From the human T2T-CHM13v2.0 reference genome, Homo sapiens: a stretch of 64,000 nucleotides of DNA. A model generated the notes under the pieces. The model was not told the origin of the DNA and searched no databases. It saw nothing but the letters and a program-made list of their open reading frames with translations. The DNA lies in the NCBI RefSeq assembly GCF_009914755.1, contig NC_060936.1; one strand, written 5' to 3'. Every line of letters starts with the position of its first letter. Positions within the stretch are counted from its first letter, which is position 1. Shown piece after piece: positions 1 through 14,127 of this stretch. The translations under genes and the position numbers were made by a program.

Positions 1-249
1 ATGAATATTAATCATTCTATTGAGACTGGCAGAACCTAGGATCATGAACACCACACTTTAAATGTGCTTTTATTTTAAGTAAGAGTCATTTTTTTCTGGG
101 ATTTTTAAAATTGTTGATAAAAATTTAGGAAATTCAGAACTATATTTTGAAAAGGAAAGAAAATGTTTCTACCTTTATCATATGAATGCAGAAATTATTG
201 ATATTTGGTATGTTTTCTTTGATCTTGATTATATAGATTTCTTCACATT

Positions 250-1060
250 CTTAAACACTTATACTGTGCAATGTATGTAGCATCCTGAATTTTCAACTAT
301 ATGAAAATTACATATTTTTTCAGGTTAAAAATTATTTTAAATGATTTTAATGAGATATTAATATTCTATATTATGCATATAACATAACATATTTAACCAT
401 TCTCATATTGTGGGATATTTGTGTTTCTATTTTTAGCTCTTTTAAAATGTGCTGCAGCTAATAACTTTTCTGTGAATGTTAGTCTATGACTATCTTGCTA
501 TGCATATTGCAAATGGAAATACCAGATCAAAGGGTATCAATATTTTTTAAACTCTAGATACAAAAATGCCAAGATGCTTCCAGAGTAAGACTCTAATTTA
601 TACCTCCATCATCAATTTATGAAGTTGTCCATATCATATATTCTTTTAACTTTGTCCCCCATTTTTTAAAAACATGCACAATTATATCTTCTTGTTTACA
701 TTTTAAACATTATTATTAGTGAAGTAGAGTATTTTAAAAGTTTGTTACTCATTTTTCTTTCCCTTTTTGTTAAATATCTATCCCTGCCTATCCTTTTGTA
801 TTTCTGTCTTTAGGAGACTTGCTGCTTTTTCCCAGAGATTTTAATGTTCTTTCTATATAAACTATATTTCAATGGTCACAGATATTTTCTCCAGGAAATT
901 CCAGCTTTTTTGCCTTTTAATTTTCTCAGACTGGGTAAATTTAAGAATTTATTTATATGAAGTCTACTAATCTTTTACTTTGTGAATTCTTTCTTTGCTT
1001 TTGTGTTGGGAAATCCTTTCTATATTCAAAGTGATGACAAATATTCATCCATATTTTCTC
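250..1060 (-). mobile_element. Ancient L1M (L1ME-like) fragment
   Basis: Degenerate antisense L1 3'/ORF2 motifs (aaccattctcatattgtgggatattt; ggaaataccagatcaaagggtat). Confidence 0.55.
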
Positions 1061-1099
1061 CTATTTTAAAAATAATTTCATTAAAGGATAAGTTCTTAA

Positions 1100-1560
1100 A
1101 GGAGTAATTCTATAATGTATCAGGTGGTGGGAAATGCAGAGAAGCAAAGTGAATCAAGTAGGGGGTATGTGAAGTGTGGGCTGTGAAGGAAGGCCTCGCT
1201 TACCAGATGCACCTGACCAGAGACCTGTGGGGGGAGGGGAGGGAGACAAGCCAACGTACCTGATGCTCCAAGCAGAGGGATCAGCAAATGTAAAGGTCCT
1301 TAGTGGGAGTATGCTCAGCTCAAGGGCTATCAGGAAGGCCTGTGTTGGGGGAGCAGAATGAGTGCTTGGGAGAGAGCAGGTGGAAATGAGGCCTGAATTT
1401 CAGAATAGGCCGGGGGCAGGAGCATTCTAGCCTCTCATAAACCATTTTGGGTGCTTGGGTTTTTACTCTTAATGACACAGGAATCATTGCAAAGACTTAA
1501 ATAGGGGAGTGACCTGACATGACTTACTTTTAAAAAGGATTACTTTAACTGCTTGAGAAA
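1100..1560 (-). mobile_element. L2 LINE fragment
   Basis: ggaaggcctc...cagagacctg...gcagagggatcagcaaatgtaaaggtcct resembles the L2a reverse complement. Confidence 0.7.
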
Positions 1561-1709
1561 GCATAGATATCTAAAAGAAAATGTCCAGGCACAGGGATCC
1601 TATGTATACCCTCCTTCCTTTTGAAATTTGTGCTTTCTTGCTTATAAACTTGCTATAATCTATACCTAATCTATTAAAAACATATTTCAAATAAATAAGA
1701 AAGAGATGG

Positions 1710-2130
1710 ATGTAGCAGTTCAGTTGTGTTCAGATGTATGTAACAAACCCTGCTGCAGAGGTTGAATCCAGTGGGGCTTTATTTTTCTCTCATCACAGGA
1801 AACCTGGAGGAAGACAATTCAGGACTAGTTCAGCAGCTCAAGGAAGGCCTCCAGGATACAGGCTTCTTCTACTGTCCTAAACATGTATGTGGCTATCATC
1901 CTCATGTTGACAAGATTGATGCTTTCCTCCAGACACCACATTCTGCATCCTAGGCAGGAGGAAGGAGATGGTCAGAAGACAGCTGAAACTGTCTTTTCAC
2001 TAGGAAACAAACCATTTTCCTGGATCCTCAGTAGTAGGCTTCTGATTACTTCATGGCCAGAACTGGGTCATACCACTATTCCTTGTGGGCACGTTGCTGC
2101 CTTGAATACCAGCTATACCTTCTTACTAAG
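1710..2130. mobile_element. Old ERVL/MaLR solo LTR (MLT1K/LTR33-like)
   Basis: tgtagcagttcagttgtgttcag...tcatggccagaactgggtca motifs; subfamily uncertain. Confidence 0.55.
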
Positions 2131-2419
2131 GAAGATGGAACTAACAGTGTTTGTGATAATGGATAGCCTGTAGAAAAATGGATATAGATGAGTCTCAAAA
2201 TAAAAATATACAAATATACATGTCCTAGTCAATATACATAAAAATTACAAAATCTGTAATATTCCAAAACGCAAACTAAAACTGTCAGTTACCACTTTGT
2301 CCGTCATGTTGGCAATTTAAATAAATCGATAACACTCAAAGTTAGCAAGAATAGGTAAAATGGGAATGTTTTATGGCGCCAGAGGTATAACCTTCCTGGG
2401 AACAATTTAATCATTCATG

Positions 2420-4400
2420 TAGTGTGTATGTAAGTGTATCTTATTGAGGGTTTGCTTTGCATTTCCCTGATGACTAATGAAGTAGAGGACCTTTGTACAA
2501 CTTTCTAACCATTTGAATTTCCCCTTTGATGAGCTGCCTGTTCAAGTCTCTTGACCATTTTTCTACTTAATTATAATCTTTTTATATAAATATGAAGAGG
2601 TTGTTTATATTTTCTAGATACAAGCCATTTGTCTGGAATATGCACGGCAAACATCTTCTCCTAATAAGTAGCTTGCCTTTTCAAAGCTCTCTTAATAATT
2701 TATTTTGTGAACAGAAGTTTTTAATATTATATAATTTACCATTCTTTTATTGTTAAGTACATTGTATGTCCTGTTTAAGAAATATTTCCTTACTCCAACT
2801 TCATGAAGATATTTTCTAATATAATGTTCTAGAGATTTGTTTTTACCTTCATATTTATTAAAAAGACTGTCCTCTACAATTACTTAGTAATATTACCTTT
2901 GCCCTAATTTGAATGTTTTCATATGCATTGGTTTCTTTTTGAGCTTTTGCTTCTGTTCTATTGGTCTATTTGTCAATCACTGCACCTGTACCACTCTCTC
3001 TTAGTTACCATAGTTTTTAAATAACTTTTGGTATCCAAAATTTAGCAGGTTCTTCCCCATTTTTTCCTGTTCAGAACCTATAAAGTCTTTCATTTACCTT
3101 TACTTTAGAAATTACAGCATACTTCCGTGACCTATTAACTTCCAATGTTGACTGAAGTATGCATAAATGTTTTACGTGTATATTTATCAAAGGCTAAAGG
3201 TAGTATCTCTGTCCTCTTCCCAAATAACGCAAGGATCTAAATACCATTTAACTACAATCTTCCCATTCTTATATATAATATTACAATTGTTCAGTATTTT
3301 ACTTATACCTGCTTTTTGATACTCCCCAAATAAACCATTATTACTATTTTGTTGTTGTTTTTGTAGCCAGTCAGTAGTTCTAGGTAGACTTACCAACATG
3401 ACAACCAGTTTATTTATGTATTATTGTTTTTGCATTTTCCATGTTCCTTCCGGATTCTGTCTGGCTTCTAAGAAGGAGCATCTTTTATGGACAGTTCTGA
3501 GTGATAAAATCTCTCTGGCTTACTTTCTGAAAAATATCTTTATTTTGCTTCATTCATGAATATAGTGTTGCTAAGTATAGAATTCTAAAGTGATAGTTAT
3601 TTTTTCTTAGTTCTTAGAAGATAATCTTTTTGGATGTCCTTAGGAGATATTTTTTCATCGCTTTCTGTCATCTTCTGTAGCTGATGAAAGAAGTCTGTCA
3701 ATGTAATTATGGTTTCCTTGTCAATAATTGTTTTCTCTGTTTGCTTTAGCTGTTTCCTCTTTTCTTTGGAAGAGTGCAGTTTTACTTGTTGTGTTAGCTG
3801 TGGTATGTTTAGAAATACTAGAGACCCGTGTTTTCCTTCTATTATGGAAAGTTTTCAACCATTACTTTGAATATTCTCTCCCTTATTCTCTCCTCTTTTA
3901 TTTTTAGAATTTATGTATACACAGCATTGAGTATTCTATGCCTCATGTTTCTTAATGAATCTTTCATATTTTTTATTTCTTCATTTCTCCATGCTGCATT
4001 CTGCATGATTTTCCCAGGTGTATCACCTCCCTTATTACCTCCCTCTTTAGTTGGTGTCTTTTTTGTTCCTTTTCAAAGCAACCTTTTATTCCCACAGAGT
4101 TATAAACTAGTCCTTTCTACTCATTCACTGTATTTATCTAATAGTCCATTTTAGATTTTCCTTTCTTCAGTTGTGGGGATACAAATTATTGTCTATTTTT
4201 ATCTGCTTAATCTTCCTCATCATGTTCCATTTCCTTTTGTGTTTCATAGCTTTTCTTTGTGAGTTCCTCTTCTGCAGAAGTTTTGATAGTTGTTGTTTGT
4301 ATGTACATTTTTGAGGAGGGGATTCCATGTGTCCTGGCTTCTCATGGACTGGGTGGCATTTTGAGGTCTGTGGCTTCGTGTAGGGAGACTGAATGCTAGC
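2420..4400 (-). mobile_element. Ancient L1M fragments
   Basis: ttgcatttccctgatgactaatga, ttcaagtctcttgaccatttttct and aagtatagaattctaaagtga are antisense L1 ORF2 motifs. Confidence 0.65.
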
Positions 4401-5199
4401 TTTCACCTCATGTGGTCCCAAGTTCATTTTTTTTTCTCCTCATACGCTTTATGGCCCAAACCCCTAAGTTCTAAAGTCTAAATCTAAAGTCCATTTGAAG
4501 TGCATCAATTCCTGCCTCTTGGTCAGGAATCAAATGCCTTCTTTGTTTCTATAGCTGGGGCATTCCATTTCTTAGTTTCAAGCTTGGCTTTGTAATGCTT
4601 TCTTTGTTGTATTTGCATGCATCATTTAAGTGTGTTAGTAATGTCATTTTGGTCCATCGTATCCTTTTTTCTCCCCTTTATTTGTTTTATTGTCAATAAC
4701 TTCTACTTTCTGCCTTTAGCTTTAATTATTAGTTACTAAAACAACTTTATGCTAACATCAGAGGCTTATAAAAAATAGAAAAATTTCCCCATAATCCCAT
4801 ATTGAGTCAAAATGATCTATTTTTATTCTCTAGATATCCTTCAAATCTTTATTCATAGGGTGCTGTTGTTACAATCATGCCATATATTTAATTTTGTGTT
4901 ATAACTCTCTTCTGGTTTACATTTTGCCCGTATTTCTTTGTAATCTTCAAATTACCATTTTAATGGCTCTATGATAGCCTCTTGAATTGGTGTACTCTAT
5001 CATACTTACAGAGTTTGTTTTCTGTTTTTCCTTGTTTATACAAATTTCCCCAGAATATTTTTGCATTTGTAGTGTTTGCATTATTTTCTGCGGCTAAAAT
5101 CTCAGAAGAGAGGATGTTAAATTAAAAATTCTTAACCATGCATTGCCAATTTGACCTTTGAATGGCTTTTCTCATTTTACAGTGACATTAGGAATAAAT

Positions 5200-6430
5200 T
5201 CACATACCGACATAAATTTAATACCTACTGTGTGGGAAGTTCTGTGCATTTTGAGTGGCATAGTGACAAATAGGACCTGCTTCAAGTTTCAAGGAATTTA
5301 CAGTGAAATCAAGGATATAGATATACTATCAACTTTTATAATATTAGGATAAATGGAGCAAGTGGTACAGTCAAAATCTAATCAAAGAAGGAATTTTATA
5401 GAAGAACTTGTATTTCAGCCAGGGATAGAGGAAGGGGTGGAGTTTCCCTGTACAAAGGGAGGCTGGATAATATTCCAGGCTGAGAGAACTTAACGGAGAA
5501 ACAGCCAGAGGTATGAAAAAGTCTACAGTGCATTTGGAAACTATTGAAATCGATGGTGTGGCTGGAACAATGGGTGAGAGAAAGGAGCTTGTAGGAGACT
5601 TGAAGTACTTTGCCGAAGGATTTTGGTTATAATCAGCCAGAATTTTCATTTCTGCCACTAATTGCAAATGCTGGTTTGAGAAAAGCATGCACTGTAGATT
5701 CATGGTAGCCTGTGATTGGCAGAACCCACCAGTCTCCTATTTTATAGATGAAAACAATTTCTACGGAAATTAAGAAAATTTTCCAAGTTTACACTAGGAG
5801 TGTATCTGAAGGCACACTTGCTCCCTTTTTCAAGAAAAATTTGTTTAGCATCTGTTTGTAACTCAGTAGTAAGTGCTTGGAGGATAGAAAGTAAATACAG
5901 TATAGGGTCAACTTCTGTAGCCAGCTGGGGGAAAAACAAATCAATATTTGTAAAATGGCAGGATAAGACAATGATAGAAATGAGTAAAGGGTATTTTGAG
6001 AACACAGAAGAGGGGAAGCTATTTCAGCTTGGCAAGAAGGATGAAGAGTGGAAGATGGTGGCTCTATTAAATCATAAAGGATGGATAGGAAGAAGCTTGC
6101 CAGGTATACCTCACCCATGGTGAGGGAAGGGAGTTTCAGCCTGAGCAAAGGCACGGGGTAGGAATCAGCATGGTGGATGTGGGAATCAGAGCAGCTTCGC
6201 ATTGTGGAAGAATCACATGTGAGGCAGAGAGTGGCAGGATATAAAACCAGGGCTAGATGGTGTTTGCTATGGTAAGTAGTATGGGCTTGATTTTTTTAGG
6301 GCTGCTGAGGATCTTAAAATATTTAAGAGGGAAACTTGGCAGGACTTTCTGATTGACTGGATGTGGGAGTAAGGATGTGAGGGAGAGAAGAGCAAAATAT
6401 GATTCTCTGGTAGACTTCTTCTTTCTTCTC
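5200..6430 (-). mobile_element. L2 fragments with an intervening MIR (about 5730-5900)
   Basis: Purine-rich L2 motifs; MIR core cctattttatagatgaaaacaa. Confidence 0.55.
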
Positions 6431-6789
6431 TAGTTAGTGAGTTTATCAAGATTTAAGATGGTAGTGGTTTTGTTTCAGCAGAAGCCATGCAGTGTGGTGT
6501 CATGTGGCAGTGGAAAAACCATCATGGGGCGTATGGAGACTCAAATGTTCCTGAAATGCCTGAGAGGACATCCAGGGACATTTGGAGGTCACTGCCAGAG
6601 GCCATGCACATTGTCCAGTTTTCAGTGGTTTCTCTTCGTTGCTAAGAAGCTTGAACATATACAGAATGCATTTAATAATGTTCAGAAAACCTTCTTAAGT
6701 GGACAATCTCAAATGTACAACAGACAAAGCAGAATCAGATATTTTTTTGGATGGTATACCTCATTAGTACAGAATAATTACAACATTAG

Positions 6790-7010
6790 GTGATAATAAT
6801 AGCAACTGATATTTATGGAGTACTCACTGTTTTCCATGTAGGATGTTAAATGCTTTACATTCGTGATCTGACTTAATCCTTACCATAATCCCTACTCAAG
6901 GAAACAAAGGCACAGAGCATGTAATTACTTGCACACGGTCACTAACTCCAATGCAAACCCTGAGGCATGCCAACTCCAAAGCCCTCATTTATAAACTCCA
7001 GGCCATATTG
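6790..7010 (-). mobile_element. MIR SINE
   Basis: atatttatggagtactcactg...ggaaacaaaggcacagag...taattacttgcacacggtcac. Confidence 0.65.
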
Positions 7011-7535
7011 CCTCCCCATGAAGCTGATACGCAGACAAGTGTGGTGCCACTTTGAGATTCTCTGGGTTCAGCTGTCAAACAATGACATCATTAAATTATC
7101 CATGTAAAATAAGAAGTTGAGTCCTCTATATCCGCTGTGTTTGAGGAGTGGCAGGATGTGGGATGAAAGAAAGAAATTGGATTGCCTCTGAAGCCCTCTG
7201 AATTTTTAATAGAACTACAGCCTCCTCAAACCAAAATTATAAAATAACCTACATCACTCTGAAAGAATTTTCTTACTAAATACGTTAATGTGAGAAGACA
7301 AAACCAAACCATCAAAGATAATATTTGAATATTGATAATATTCAAACCTCATTTGAAATCAAACCACTAGAACCAGAAAAGAAAATGAAATGTGACTATT
7401 TAATTCCTCAGCAGAGATATATGTATGAAAACATAATTTCTATCACTGGTGATAGGAGAATTTGATATTGAGGACTTCATGAGTTGGGAAGAGCGATTTC
7501 TTAAATGAAGGTGATAAAAGCCTGTATAAATAATA

Positions 7536-7850
7536 CAGTCATGTATTGCTTAATGATGGTGATATGTCTGAGAAATGCATTGTTAGCTGATTTCATCACT
7601 GTGGGTACATGAAAGACTGCACTTACACAAGCTTAGCTAGTATAGCCCACTACATAGCTAGGGTACATGGTATGGCCTGTTGCTCCTAGGCTGTAAACCT
7701 GTACATGTTACTGTATTGAATACTGTAAAAAACTTTAACACAGTGGTATTTTTGTGTCTAAACCTAGAAAATGTACAGTAAAAATATGATATTATAATTT
7801 TATGGGACCGCCATCATATATGTGGTCCGTCATTATGAGGCTCATGACTG
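7536..7850. mobile_element. Tigger3a (MER7) non-autonomous DNA transposon
   Basis: Terminal inverted repeats cagtcatg...catgactg after TA; body similar to the Tigger3 copy at 10208. Confidence 0.85.
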
Positions 7851-8511
7851 TCTAAGATAAAACTGTAGGCCTCATACCAAATAGAGAAGATTGGCAATAT
7901 CTATATGTATATGGGTGTGGATTGTATAATTAATTTCTACTTAGTATCCTTTGCTTCTTAGAAACTTTAAGTTCCCTCAATTTAAAAAAATCCTTCTTGA
8001 TTTCTTTTGCTTTTTAAAGATATTTTGATGTAAAAGAGCTTTTGTTTTTATTTTCTTTGCCTGGTTCTCCACTCAAAAATTTAATGCCTGTGTGACTTAG
8101 AATTCTCATAAGATTTAGCTTTCTGTCTTTTTACAGATATGAAGTGGCATAGTAGGATTTGGGGTCCATTTTCCCTCAGCTTCCTATTTCTTGCCAGTAG
8201 CTTCATTGCAAAACCACTCTACCATCTGCCCTGCTTCCTTTTTCTGCTTCCACCCCCAGTTCCCTCATTTTCTAATTACTCCCAACAGGAGTGACTCAAA
8301 CATATATTGGAAGCAAGATTCCCACAGTTGCCAAATAGGAGCAGGGAAGTGCCACGTACTAGGTTTTCACAAAAGAAGTCATTATGTATCTGGATTTTTA
8401 TCTGCCAGAGAAGAAGAGGAATGCTTGAGGAAGTCAAGTCTCAGGGCAAAAAAGTAACATAATAAACAAATTAGAGAATGGCACTTTCACATTACCATTT
8501 CTGTTACATTT

Positions 8512-8938
8512 TGTGGTAGTCTTTCAGGCTGTTCACAAGTATATGGCTCCCTTCCTTTTTTGGGCTATAGTACAGTATCGTTCCGTGCTAGTATAGTTCG
8601 GTCCAGGCTCTTCTGCACTCCACTGAACTCGGATATGGCCATATGACTTGACTTGTTTTAGCCAGTTAAATGTGAGTGGCAGTGACAGGTGTCACTTCTG
8701 AGAAGAAGCTTTAAAAGCCAGTGGCTTTAAGAGCATATTTTGATGTCTTATTTTTGACAGTAGTTGCTCTATCAACTTGAGTCTTTAAGTGACAGTGTGA
8801 ACAGAGCACCCTCCCCATACCAGCTGACTCATAATGGCCAGGTGACATGGGCAAGAAAGAAGCCTTTGTTGTTTTAAGTCACTGAGATTTGGGGAGTAAT
8901 GTTATGGTGGCAGAATCTAGTCTGTCCTGACTAATACA
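8512..8938 (+). mobile_element. MLT1I/J-type MaLR solo LTR
   Basis: tgtggtag start; tgttgttttaagtcactgagatttgggg...ctgactaataca end. Confidence 0.75.
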
Positions 8939-10288
8939 CTGAAACAGTTTTAGCATGTATAATCTCATGTAGTTAAGAGATTCAAATCATAATTCCTCCG
9001 ATACATGGATCAAAGATAATAGAAGACAAACATTTAAAGTGTTTTTAAAGCATTCACTCAAAAAGAATGTATTTTGTTTGCATCCATATAGTAGCATCTA
9101 ACCTATCACACAATAGTTTTGTGTTATATAATAGATCTGCCACTGCTTCAGAGCCTCTGTGAGGGCAGAGATAAGGTCTCGTTCTTTTTTAATCCTGGCA
9201 CCTGGCACTAGGTGTGGCATTTAGTGGGTACTTAATACTATTAGATTAGTGAAGAGGACTGAAAACTGCCTGGCACATGAGAGGTACTGAATAAATATTT
9301 GTACAGATATTAATGTTGTTAATATCTGTACCAAATATTCAGCACCTGTCATTAAAATTCATCCATCACCTATCATAAAATTAATTAGCATTGGAAATTC
9401 TCTTTGTACAATCACAAATAATTGTACAAAGTGCATTTTCAACATTTCAACCCCTTGGTAGCTACTGGGCTAATTTTTCAGGCACAAAGAAGCAGTTTAA
9501 TGTGGACCCTCAAGTTGTATTTTTTCCTGCCACCAGGGCCTTTAAAGCCTTACTTAAGGAAGTACCATTATTTCAACTTTGGCAGGAGGGATGATACATT
9601 TGCATGTAAACTGGTTTGGAGTTTGATGCTGAGCTTGCATCGTGACCACCTTTCCACTGGACATTATAATTAGGGGGAAATTCTGATGCTAAAGCTTGGC
9701 CAGTGTATAGTTATTAATTCAAAGTTGATTATCTCACCAGGGATTGTGAAGAGTTTCATTTGGTTTTAAAACTGCCTAATACATGTTATTCTAAGGTGTT
9801 GGGAAATTATCAGTGTGGCTGCTTTGTGTGCTCTCCTTGGTCCAGTGAAAGCTTCACCTTACTCCTTGGCCCCTGCCAGCTCCTATTTTATCTGTTTCTT
9901 CCCAGGAAGGATTTCAGGCATCTGGGAACATACATGTACACAAGGTTGTTGTCATCAGGTCCCTGCTTGCCTACTTCCTTCTTCCTAAATTTAGATTCTC
10001 TAAATGGAGCTTACTTTCCTATGTCTCTGTCCTGTCTAAGCAGTTTCTCCATTACCCAAAATGCAATTCCCCAGGTTCATTAATTCATTCTCAAATATCT
10101 CTTAAGAGCCTCCTCTATACCAGGCATTGTTCAAAGCCTTGTGAGTACAGCTTTCCTGGAACTTCTATTTCATTGGAAGAGACAGATGATAAATAAAAAA
10201 GTAAATACAGTCATGCATCACTTAACGATGAGAATATTTTCTGAGAAATGCATTGTTAAGTGATTTTATCATTGTATGACTATCACAG

Positions 10289-10717
10289 TGTGTCCAGAGT
10301 TCGTTCCTTCTGGTGCATTTGTGTTCTCGCTGACTTCAAGAATGGGGCCGCGGACCTTCGCGGTGAGTGTTACAGCTCTTAAAGATGGCACAGACCCAAA
10401 GAGTGAGCAACAGCAAGATTTATTGTGAAGAGCGAAAGAACAAAGCTTCCACAGCATGGAAGGGGACCTGAGAGAGTTGCCGCTGCTGGCTTGGGTGGCC
10501 AGCTTTTATTCCCTTATTTATCACCACCCATGTCCTGCTGATTGGTCCGTTTTAGAGAGCACTGATTGGTTGATTTTACAGAGCATTGATTGGCCCATTT
10601 TACAAACCTCTAGCTAGCTACAGAGCACTGATTGGTGCATTTTACAAACCTCTTGTAAGACAGGAAAGTTCTCCAAGTCCCCATTCGACCAGGATGTCCA
10701 GCTGGCTTCACCTCTCA
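10289..10717 (-). mobile_element. ERV9 solo LTR (LTR12, LTR12F-like)
   Basis: tgtgtcc...gacttcaagaatg...gccgcggaccttcgcggtgagtgttacagctctt...gctggcttcacctctca; four tgattgg repeats; 4-bp TSD acag at 10285-10288 and 10718-10721. Confidence 0.92.
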
Positions 10718-11494
10718 ACAGTGTGTACTTAAACCTAGATGGTATAGCCTACTATGCACCTTGGGTATGTGATATGGTCTATTGCTCCTAGGCTGCAAAC
10801 CTGTACAGCATGTTACTGTACTGAATAGAGTAGGCAATTGTAACACAGTGATAAGTATTTGTGTATCTAAACATATCTAAACATAGAAAAGGTACAGTAA
10901 AAATACAGTATAAAAGATAAAAAATGGTACACTTGTATAGGACATTTACCATGAATGAAGCCTGCGGAACTGGAAATTGCTCTTGATGAATCAGTTTGTG
11001 AGTAGTAAATGAATATGAAGGCCTAGGACATTACCATATACTACTGTAGACTTTATAAACATCCTACATTTAGTCTACACTAAGGTTAAATTTTTTTGTT
11101 TCTTCACTGTTAAATTAACCTTAGCTTACTCTTTTTGCTGTATAAACTTATTTAAAAAATGTTTTTGACTCTTTTGTAATAATATTTCACTTAAACACAC
11201 ATTGCACAGGTGTACAAAAGTATTTCCTTTCATTACATTCTTATTCTATAAGTTTTTTTCTATTTTGAATTTTTGTTCTTTAAACTTTCTTTGTTAAGAA
11301 CTAAGATACAAACTCACACATTAGCGTAGGCCTACACAGGGTGAGGAACATTAGTATCACTGTCTTCCATCTCCACATCTTGTCCCACTGGAAGGTCTTC
11401 AGGGGCAATAACATGCATGGAGCTGTCATCCATGATAACAATGCCTTCTGGAATACTTCTTGAAGGACCTGCCTGAAGCTGCTTTCTAGTTAAC

Positions 11495-11658
11495 TTTTAA
11501 ATTTAATTTAATTTTAATTTTTAAATTTGTATTCTTTTAGAGCCACGGGGTCTCATTATGTTGCCCAAGCTGGCCTCAAACACCTGGGCTCAAGCGATCC
11601 TCTCACCTCAGCCTCTGGAGTAGCAGCTGGAACTATAGGCATGTGCCACTGCACCCAG
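11495..11658 (-). mobile_element. Alu monomer (FLAM-type)
   Basis: Single ~130-bp Alu arm with an AT-rich tail. Confidence 0.8.
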
Positions 11659-11738
11659 TTAAATTTTTAAATAAATAGAAGGAGTATACTCTAAAATAAC
11701 AATAAAAAGTGTAGTACAGTAAATACATAAACCAGTAA

Positions 11739-12052
<314 letters not shown>

Positions 12053-13299
12053 TTTATTATCATTATTAAGTATTATATACTGGACATAATTGTGTGTGCT
12101 ACACTTTTATGCAACTGGCAGCACAGTAGGTTTGTTCACATCAGTATCACTGCAAACATGTGAGTAATGCATTGCCCTATGACATTATAATGGCTATGAC
12201 ATCACTAGGTAATAGGAATTTTCCACTTCGGTATAATGTCATGGGATCACCATCATATATGTTGTCCATCATTGACTGAAACGTCATTATGCAGTGCATG
12301 ACTGTATACGGTAAGTCAGGCAGCTGTAAGTGCTACAGTGAATAATAAAGAGGGAAGAGGTATTATGTTTGTGGAAGTAGGGTGGGACAGTGTTACTAAT
12401 CATTTCAGGACAGGAAAAGCCTAACTGATAAGGTGTTAGGTAAACAGCTGAAACCTTAAGGAAGTGATGAAGAAAGCCACGAGCACATGGGGGGAAGAGG
12501 AGCTAGAAAGGTTCCCAACAGAGGGGACAGCAGGAGCTGAGGCAGGAGCATGCTTGGCAACTTCAAAGAAGAGGAAGCAGGCCAGAGTAATTGGGGATCA
12601 GAGCAGGATGGGCTGAAGTGGATTATACAGATCTTGTAGGGCTTTTTGGTCAGTGTTATTTAGTCTTTAGCCTGAGTAAGGTGGGAAGCTGTTGTGAGTT
12701 TTTGAGCAGAGGGTGCCTTAAGAGGATCTGGCTGATACGGTAAGAACTGGTCACCAGAACAGAAAAAGGGTGACCAGTTAGACATCTGTTAGATAATAAT
12801 TCAGGCATGAAATGAAGGCATTGACTTTCAATACTCAGCTCAAGTGTTAACTCTAACTAGGAAGCCTCTCCTAACTCCCCTAGGCTGAGTTGAGTCTACC
12901 TCTTTTGAGTTTCTGTAACAATCTTACTCTTGAAATGAAGGCTTTTGGCTGAGTTCACTTATATTTGGAAGCTGACTATATAGTTGAGAGGTCTCTGAAT
13001 TAATTTACAATTAGAATAAAGTTTATTTATAGATAAGTAAAAGGGCTAACTTAGTATATTATGTATTATATATTCATTATGTACAAATATACGTGCATTA
13101 TATTATTAAAACTTAACAATAATTGTGGCAATTACTTAAAACTTTGTCCATTACAAAGATTTTTGGGACAGGATTATTTTGATAAGGTTTAAAATTGCCA
13201 GAAATGGTAAAATAAAAAGCAGAGTGACTCATGATGGGTTTTATTATTGTTTTCAAATTCTTTATAAACTACCCCGTAATGCCTATACCCACAGTGGAC

Positions 13300-13810
13300 T
13301 GATCTCACTGCCTTGTCTTGATATATCACTGATGGTAAGATCTTTTATTCAAAGTGCCTTGAGCAAAAGAAAATTCCTTCAGGCACGGTTTGATCCAGGG
13401 AGCTCGAACAGTGTCATCAGAGCTCCTCCAAATTATTCCAATCTGTTTTCCATCTGTTTTCCTCTGGGTTGGCTTCCTTCTACAGCAGGCTGTCTACTTT
13501 TAGTTGCAAGATGACTGACAGTGACTCCAGCCATCCAAATGCCTTTCTCCAGGTCACTGCAGCAGAAGTCCCAAAATATGACTCTAACAATGTCGTATGC
13601 CCGTACTTGAACCAATCACAGTGGCCACAGGAATGCAATATTCTAATTGGCCTTTGAAAGTCAATATTCTAATTCTGACAGGCTTGGGTCACTTGCCCCC
13701 ATTTGGAGCTGGGTATGGGGTAGGTCCATTTTACACGAATTACATGGAAGTAGAGGAGGAAAGGCAGGCCCCCAAGAAAAATTAAGATTGCTGTTAGCAG
13801 AAAAAGAGGA
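13300..13810. mobile_element. Old ERVL/MaLR LTR remnant
   Basis: tcaggcacggtttgatccagggagctc...gttgcaagatgactgac...ttgaaccaatcacagtggcca motifs. Confidence 0.5.
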
Positions 13811-14127
13811 GATAGATATGGGATATTCAAGCTACATCCATGTACCACAAGCAATTATTTCTGATTCCTATCCAGAATTCTGTCCTAAAAGTGTTCCCAC
13901 TTGGTAAATCAGGTACATAGATATGAAGTTCTCACCCCCGCATTGATTGCCACTGTAGCTTCCTCTTCCTTTCGTAGGATTCTCAGCAGGAATCCCCTCT
14001 TCAGCCTCTCACTCACACACCCACACACAGACACCTTTCATCATAAGCCCTGCTTTTGCCTCAAGGAGCTTTCATATTGTGTGCGTTCAGTAAAGCAAAA
14101 AATAATTCCTCACAAAATCGGCATTTT

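Noticed and set aside
2250-2500. Sense then antisense L1 ORF2-end fragments as a sixth inversion
   Set aside because: Too degraded and no TSD visible. They may be independent fragments.
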